Virus record (IMG/VR): IMGVR_UViG_2651869749_000005 | Source: a virus | Lineage: Duplodnaviria; Heunggongvirae; Uroviricota; Caudoviricetes | DNA: 20,059 nucleotides | Reading direction: 5' to 3' (one strand) | Shown here: positions 17,705-20,059 of the stretch, one piece after another | Layout: each line of letters starts with the position of its first letter | How positions within the stretch are numbered: the stretch's first letter is position 1 | Position numbers and translations under genes: made by a program | Notes under the pieces: generated by a model | What the model was told of the DNA's origin: nothing | Databases searched by the model: none | The model's input: only the letters and a program-made list of their open reading frames with translations

Positions 17705-18172
17705 TCACGGTATACACTGGGTACGGATATATTCCTGTGCTCCTTCCAGTTGCTTCTGCATTGCCATCAGCCGTTCTCTGAGGATGAAATAATCCCGTTC
17801 AGCGGTGTCTGCCAGTCGGGGGCCGGTTGCATTATCCACGCCGGAGGTGCCGGTGGCTTCACGCACGGTACCGGAGCAGGTGGCGTTGATCCGCAGGCGC
17901 TTACGACCAGCGGCAACATCAGCACGCAGAGTTTCATTTTCAGCTCTCGCATCGGCTAATTCCCTCGAGTATCTGGCATCAAGTGCAGCGACATCACGCT
18001 GGCGTATCTGCATATCAGTAATTGTCGCGTTCGCCAGCTCCAGCTCACTGGCTTTTTTATCGCGCTGCTCTTTGTAGATGATGGCGTGATCACGGTAATG
18101 ATTCAGCCCCAGACTAAGCGCACCACAGGCCACCAGCAGGACAATGATAACCACGCACAGAACACGGTTCAT
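17705..18172 (-). CDS. Rz: Spanin inner-membrane subunit Rz
   Basis: Start placed at the internal Met (MNRVLCVVIIVLLVACGALSLGLNHYRDHAIIYKEQRDK...), 155 aa versus lambda Rz 153 aa, with near-identical core (NHYRD, ITDMQ.RQRDVAALDA, VREAT..SGVDNA..PRLADTAERDYF.LRERL..MQKQLEG). Confidence 0.9.
   Translation of the reverse strand: MNRVLCVVIIVLLVACGALSLGLNHYRDHAIIYKEQRDKKASELELANATITDMQIRQRDVAALDARYSRELADARAENETLRADVAAGRKRLRINATCSGTVREATGTSGVDNATGPRLADTAERDYFILRERLMAMQKQLEGAQEYIRTQCIP
17767..17952 (-). CDS. Rz1: Spanin outer-membrane lipoprotein Rz1, embedded in the +1 frame of Rz
   Basis: 61-aa ORF MRELKMKLCVLMLPLVVSACGST... with lipobox VSAC and Pro-rich mature region CVKPPAPPAWIMQPAPDWQTPLNGIIS, closely matching lambda Rz1. 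Confidence 0.88.
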   Translation of the reverse strand: MRELKMKLCVLMLPLVVSACGSTPPAPVPCVKPPAPPAWIMQPAPDWQTPLNGIISSSENG

Positions 18173-18173
18173 A

Positions 18174-18287
18174 TCACCACCAACGGATTGCCCAGACCAG
18201 AACAGCAATGGCCACAATACGAATGGCAAAAGCTGCCGCTCTTGTTAAATCCAGACTGGCTGGCGTCTCCACTTCAATGCCTTTCAT
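18174..18287 (-). CDS. Hypothetical 37-aa small membrane peptide just upstream of Rz
   Basis: Hand-translated: MKGIEVETPASLDLTRAAAFAIRIVAIAVLVWAIRWW; GAGG SD 9 nt upstream of the ATG; single predicted TM segment with a Trp-rich C-terminus; stop TGA is 1 nt before the Rz ATG. Below the 60-aa cutoff of the ORF track. Confidence 0.4.
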   Translation of the reverse strand: MKGIEVETPASLDLTRAAAFAIRIVAIAVLVWAIRWW

Positions 18288-18389
18288 AATGGACAACCTC
18301 AGAAAGAATCTTTTATACTTCCTCACAGGGAAAGTACCTCCCTACCCATAATTTCTCCCTTGCCTTACTCAAGGTCAGAAAACACAAAA

Positions 18390-18419
18390 CCCCGCTTGCT
18401 GCCGACAAACGGGGTTTTT
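18390..18419. terminator. Intrinsic terminator hairpin between R and Rz (bidirectional appearance)
   Basis: CCCCGCTTG-ctgccga-CAAACGGGG (9-bp stem, one mismatch) followed by TTTTT on the plus strand and preceded by AAAACACAAAA (a U-run on the minus strand). Confidence 0.7.
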
Positions 18420-18507
18420 ACTTTTATTCACTTAGGTTTTACCAGTTTTCAGGATTTCGTGTTATCCACCCGCGTTGGCCAACGTCATTTTTCAGGAAAA
18501 TATTCTG

Positions 18508-19041
18508 CTATCTGTCGATGTCCCTGCACGCCAGCGCGCTCTCCTGGTCACGCCGTGAGACCTGACCGTAGCAATTATTTGAACGGATACGGCAGTCTCT
18601 GCCACCGTCCTTAATCCACCAGCGAATCGCCTCACAGGCACCTTTTCGATCGCCTGCATTAATTCGTTTATAAAACGTCGACGGGAAGCACTTACCGGGG
18701 CCAATGTTGTACGGACAGAATGACGCGATCCCCGCTTTCTGGGGTTCGGTCAGCGGCACCCGGATGTTTTTCTCCACCCATGCCAGCGCCTTGTCACGTT
18801 CGATGGCATTAACCCGGTCGCATTTTTCCTTTGACAGCTTCATGCCAGGAATAACAGGCTTACCATCCACCAGAATGGCACCACGGCAGATGGTCCAGAT
18901 CCCCGCACCATCACGGTATGCCGTGGTGTGGTTACCTTCCTTTTCATCCAGAAACTGGTCGAGGATTTCAGGCGCAGAAGCACCTGCACCAATCAGCGCC
19001 AGAACGGCAGCCGACAGGCCGTATTTTATTTTTTCGTTCAT
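18508..19041 (-). CDS. R: SAR endolysin R (GH24 T4-lysozyme-like with N-terminal signal-anchor-release domain)
   Basis: 177-aa ORF; N-terminal weakly hydrophobic Gly/Ala-rich segment YGLSAAVLALIGAGASAP (SAR-like), then E...D...T catalytic pattern (KEGNHTTAYRDGAGIWTICRG) typical of phage lysozymes. Confidence 0.88.
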   Translation of the reverse strand: MNEKIKYGLSAAVLALIGAGASAPEILDQFLDEKEGNHTTAYRDGAGIWTICRGAILVDGKPVIPGMKLSKEKCDRVNAIERDKALAWVEKNIRVPLTEPQKAGIASFCPYNIGPGKCFPSTFYKRINAGDRKGACEAIRWWIKDGGRDCRIRSNNCYGQVSRRDQESALACRDIDR

Positions 19042-19080
19042 GGGGATTTATCGATTTCTAATCCCTTGATATGTTAGGTA

Positions 19081-19086
19081 TATAAT
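19081..19086 (+). promoter_or_regulatory. Consensus -10 hexamer TATAAT upstream of the plus-strand moron ORF
   Basis: GGTATATAAT at 19077-19086, about 70 nt upstream of the ATG at 19159; no well-spaced -35 (TTGATA is only 9 nt upstream), so promoter assignment is tentative. Confidence 0.4.
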
Positions 19087-19158
19087 CCAACACTCATGGT
19101 CGCTCTCATAAACATATCCCTTGAGACGCAGCAGATTACAACAAATGAAGCCATATAA

Positions 19159-19473
19159 ATGAACAGTAAAGAAAGTTTGCGCAGAAGATTTTTACAACTA
19201 ATGACAGAAAACGTTAAATCAGAGTTACTTCTTCTGATGGCAGATAATAACGAAGCAACAAGCAGCATTCTTGCAGACCCTTACGGTAAGATCTCACATA
19301 AAACGCTGGATATTATTACCACAACATTAACACCGCTGATGCTTCAACGGCTGAAACATAATATCAACGCATGGGTTAATGAAGAATTAAGTCCTCCCTG
19401 CTTATGGGATTCTCGTTACGCATGTCAGCAAAAAATGCGAATTTTCAGCTTACTATCACCAAAGCTCAGGTAG
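19159..19473 (+). CDS. Hypothetical protein encoded on the opposite strand between holin and endolysin (moron); position and size reminiscent of the Qin prophage ydfR, unverified
   Basis: 104-aa plus-strand ORF in a visibly AT-rich block (19042-19728) lacking any long minus-strand ORF; predicted soluble, helical, no TM segment. I do not recognise the sequence. Confidence 0.5.
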   Translation: MNSKESLRRRFLQLMTENVKSELLLLMADNNEATSSILADPYGKISHKTLDIITTTLTPLMLQRLKHNINAWVNEELSPPCLWDSRYACQQKMRIFSLLSPKLR

Positions 19474-19728
19474 CCATAAAATCCTGCCCTTCATGGCATA
19501 CAGGATTTCAATGGAATCACAATGACCAACTCTTGCACAGCTGTATCCCTGACTCCCCGACAACTCAGATTTTCAGTATCTGCTGCTATCTAAAGAGAAA
19601 GCGCACAAATGCAAGGGTCTTTCATCACGTCCTGTTATTGATTGCCTGTGACCTTTTCTTACCTCATGGAACGTTTTTTCAGTTAGAAATATTCATTTTA
19701 CAACCAGTTCGTATTGTTTATTCATCGA

Positions 19729-19935
19729 CTACTCTCCCCGCGCCACCTTACGCTTATCTTCTTTAATCTTGAAATAAAGGTTAGTCAGATACGTCAGCAG
19801 GCCAAACAGCAGACTCCCCAGCACACCGATTGCCACCCACTGGGACGGAGAGACTTTGTCCAGCAGCTGCAGTAACCAGTATCCCGTCCCCACCGCTGAC
19901 GTGGTGTATGACACACCCGTTGTGATTTTTTCCAT
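19729..19935 (-). CDS. S: Class II holin, phage 21 S-type pinholin
   Basis: 68-aa [71 protein letters not shown]; two TM segments and a charged C-terminus, closely resembling S21 as I recall; GGAGA SD upstream. Confidence 0.88.
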   Translation of the reverse strand: MEKITTGVSYTTSAVGTGYWLLQLLDKVSPSQWVAIGVLGSLLFGLLTYLTNLYFKIKEDKRKVARGE

Positions 19936-20059
19936 CTGATGTATGTCTCCGTCACCGCCGACGTAAGCGTACAGCCTGAACCGTCTGGTCAGAATCTGAC
20001 GAATTAGACAAAGTGGTGTCCACCAAATAAGTAGTGGGAACCAAAGTGTCAGATATGCA

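Noticed and set aside
18173-18229. Rz N-terminal extension (MPFVLWPLLFWSGQSVGGD)
   Set aside because: Lambda Rz aligns from the internal Met at 18172, and the upstream region is better explained by the separate 37-aa ORF in another frame.
19066-19086. TTGATA / TATAAT pair as a canonical sigma-70 promoter
   Set aside because: The spacer is only 9 nt, so the TTGATA cannot be the -35 element; only the -10 hexamer is retained as tentative.
19074-19268. 64-aa minus-strand ORF in the S-R intergenic block
   Set aside because: Hydrophobic, low-complexity product of AT-rich sequence, antisense to the better-supported plus-strand 104-aa ORF, with no SD.
19404-19766. 120-aa plus-strand ORF overlapping the S holin antisense
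   Set aside because: It overlaps the homology-supported S gene on the opposite strand and crosses the AT-rich intergenic region; likely spurious.
1-20059. CRISPR arrays, tRNA and rRNA genes
   Set aside because: No regularly spaced direct repeats and no tRNA-like or rRNA-like structures were seen; the only repeats are the in-frame C-gene repeats and homopolymer runs.

Overview
This window is the late (lysis, packaging, head, tail) region of a lambda-like prophage, read in inverted orientation: nearly all genes are on the minus strand. From right to left it carries S (phage-21-type pinholin), a low-GC plus-strand moron, R (SAR endolysin), a non-lambda insert, Rz/Rz1, a perC-like gene and a small ribbon-helix-helix gene, a lambda-identical cos site, then Nu1-A-W-B-C-D, an IS200-type element, E-FI-FII-Z-U-V-G/GT-H-M-L-K-I. 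Gene order, sizes and many protein sequences match phage lambda as I recall it, but no database search was possible. The window ends 87 nt after I at a 12-nt poly-G run with no recognisable J start. The candidates for something new are the accessory inserts: (1) a terminator plus a 37-aa membrane-peptide ORF between R and Rz, (2) the opposite-strand low-GC gene between S and R, and (3) the perC-like/RHH pair next to cos. All functional interpretations of these are inference from sequence.
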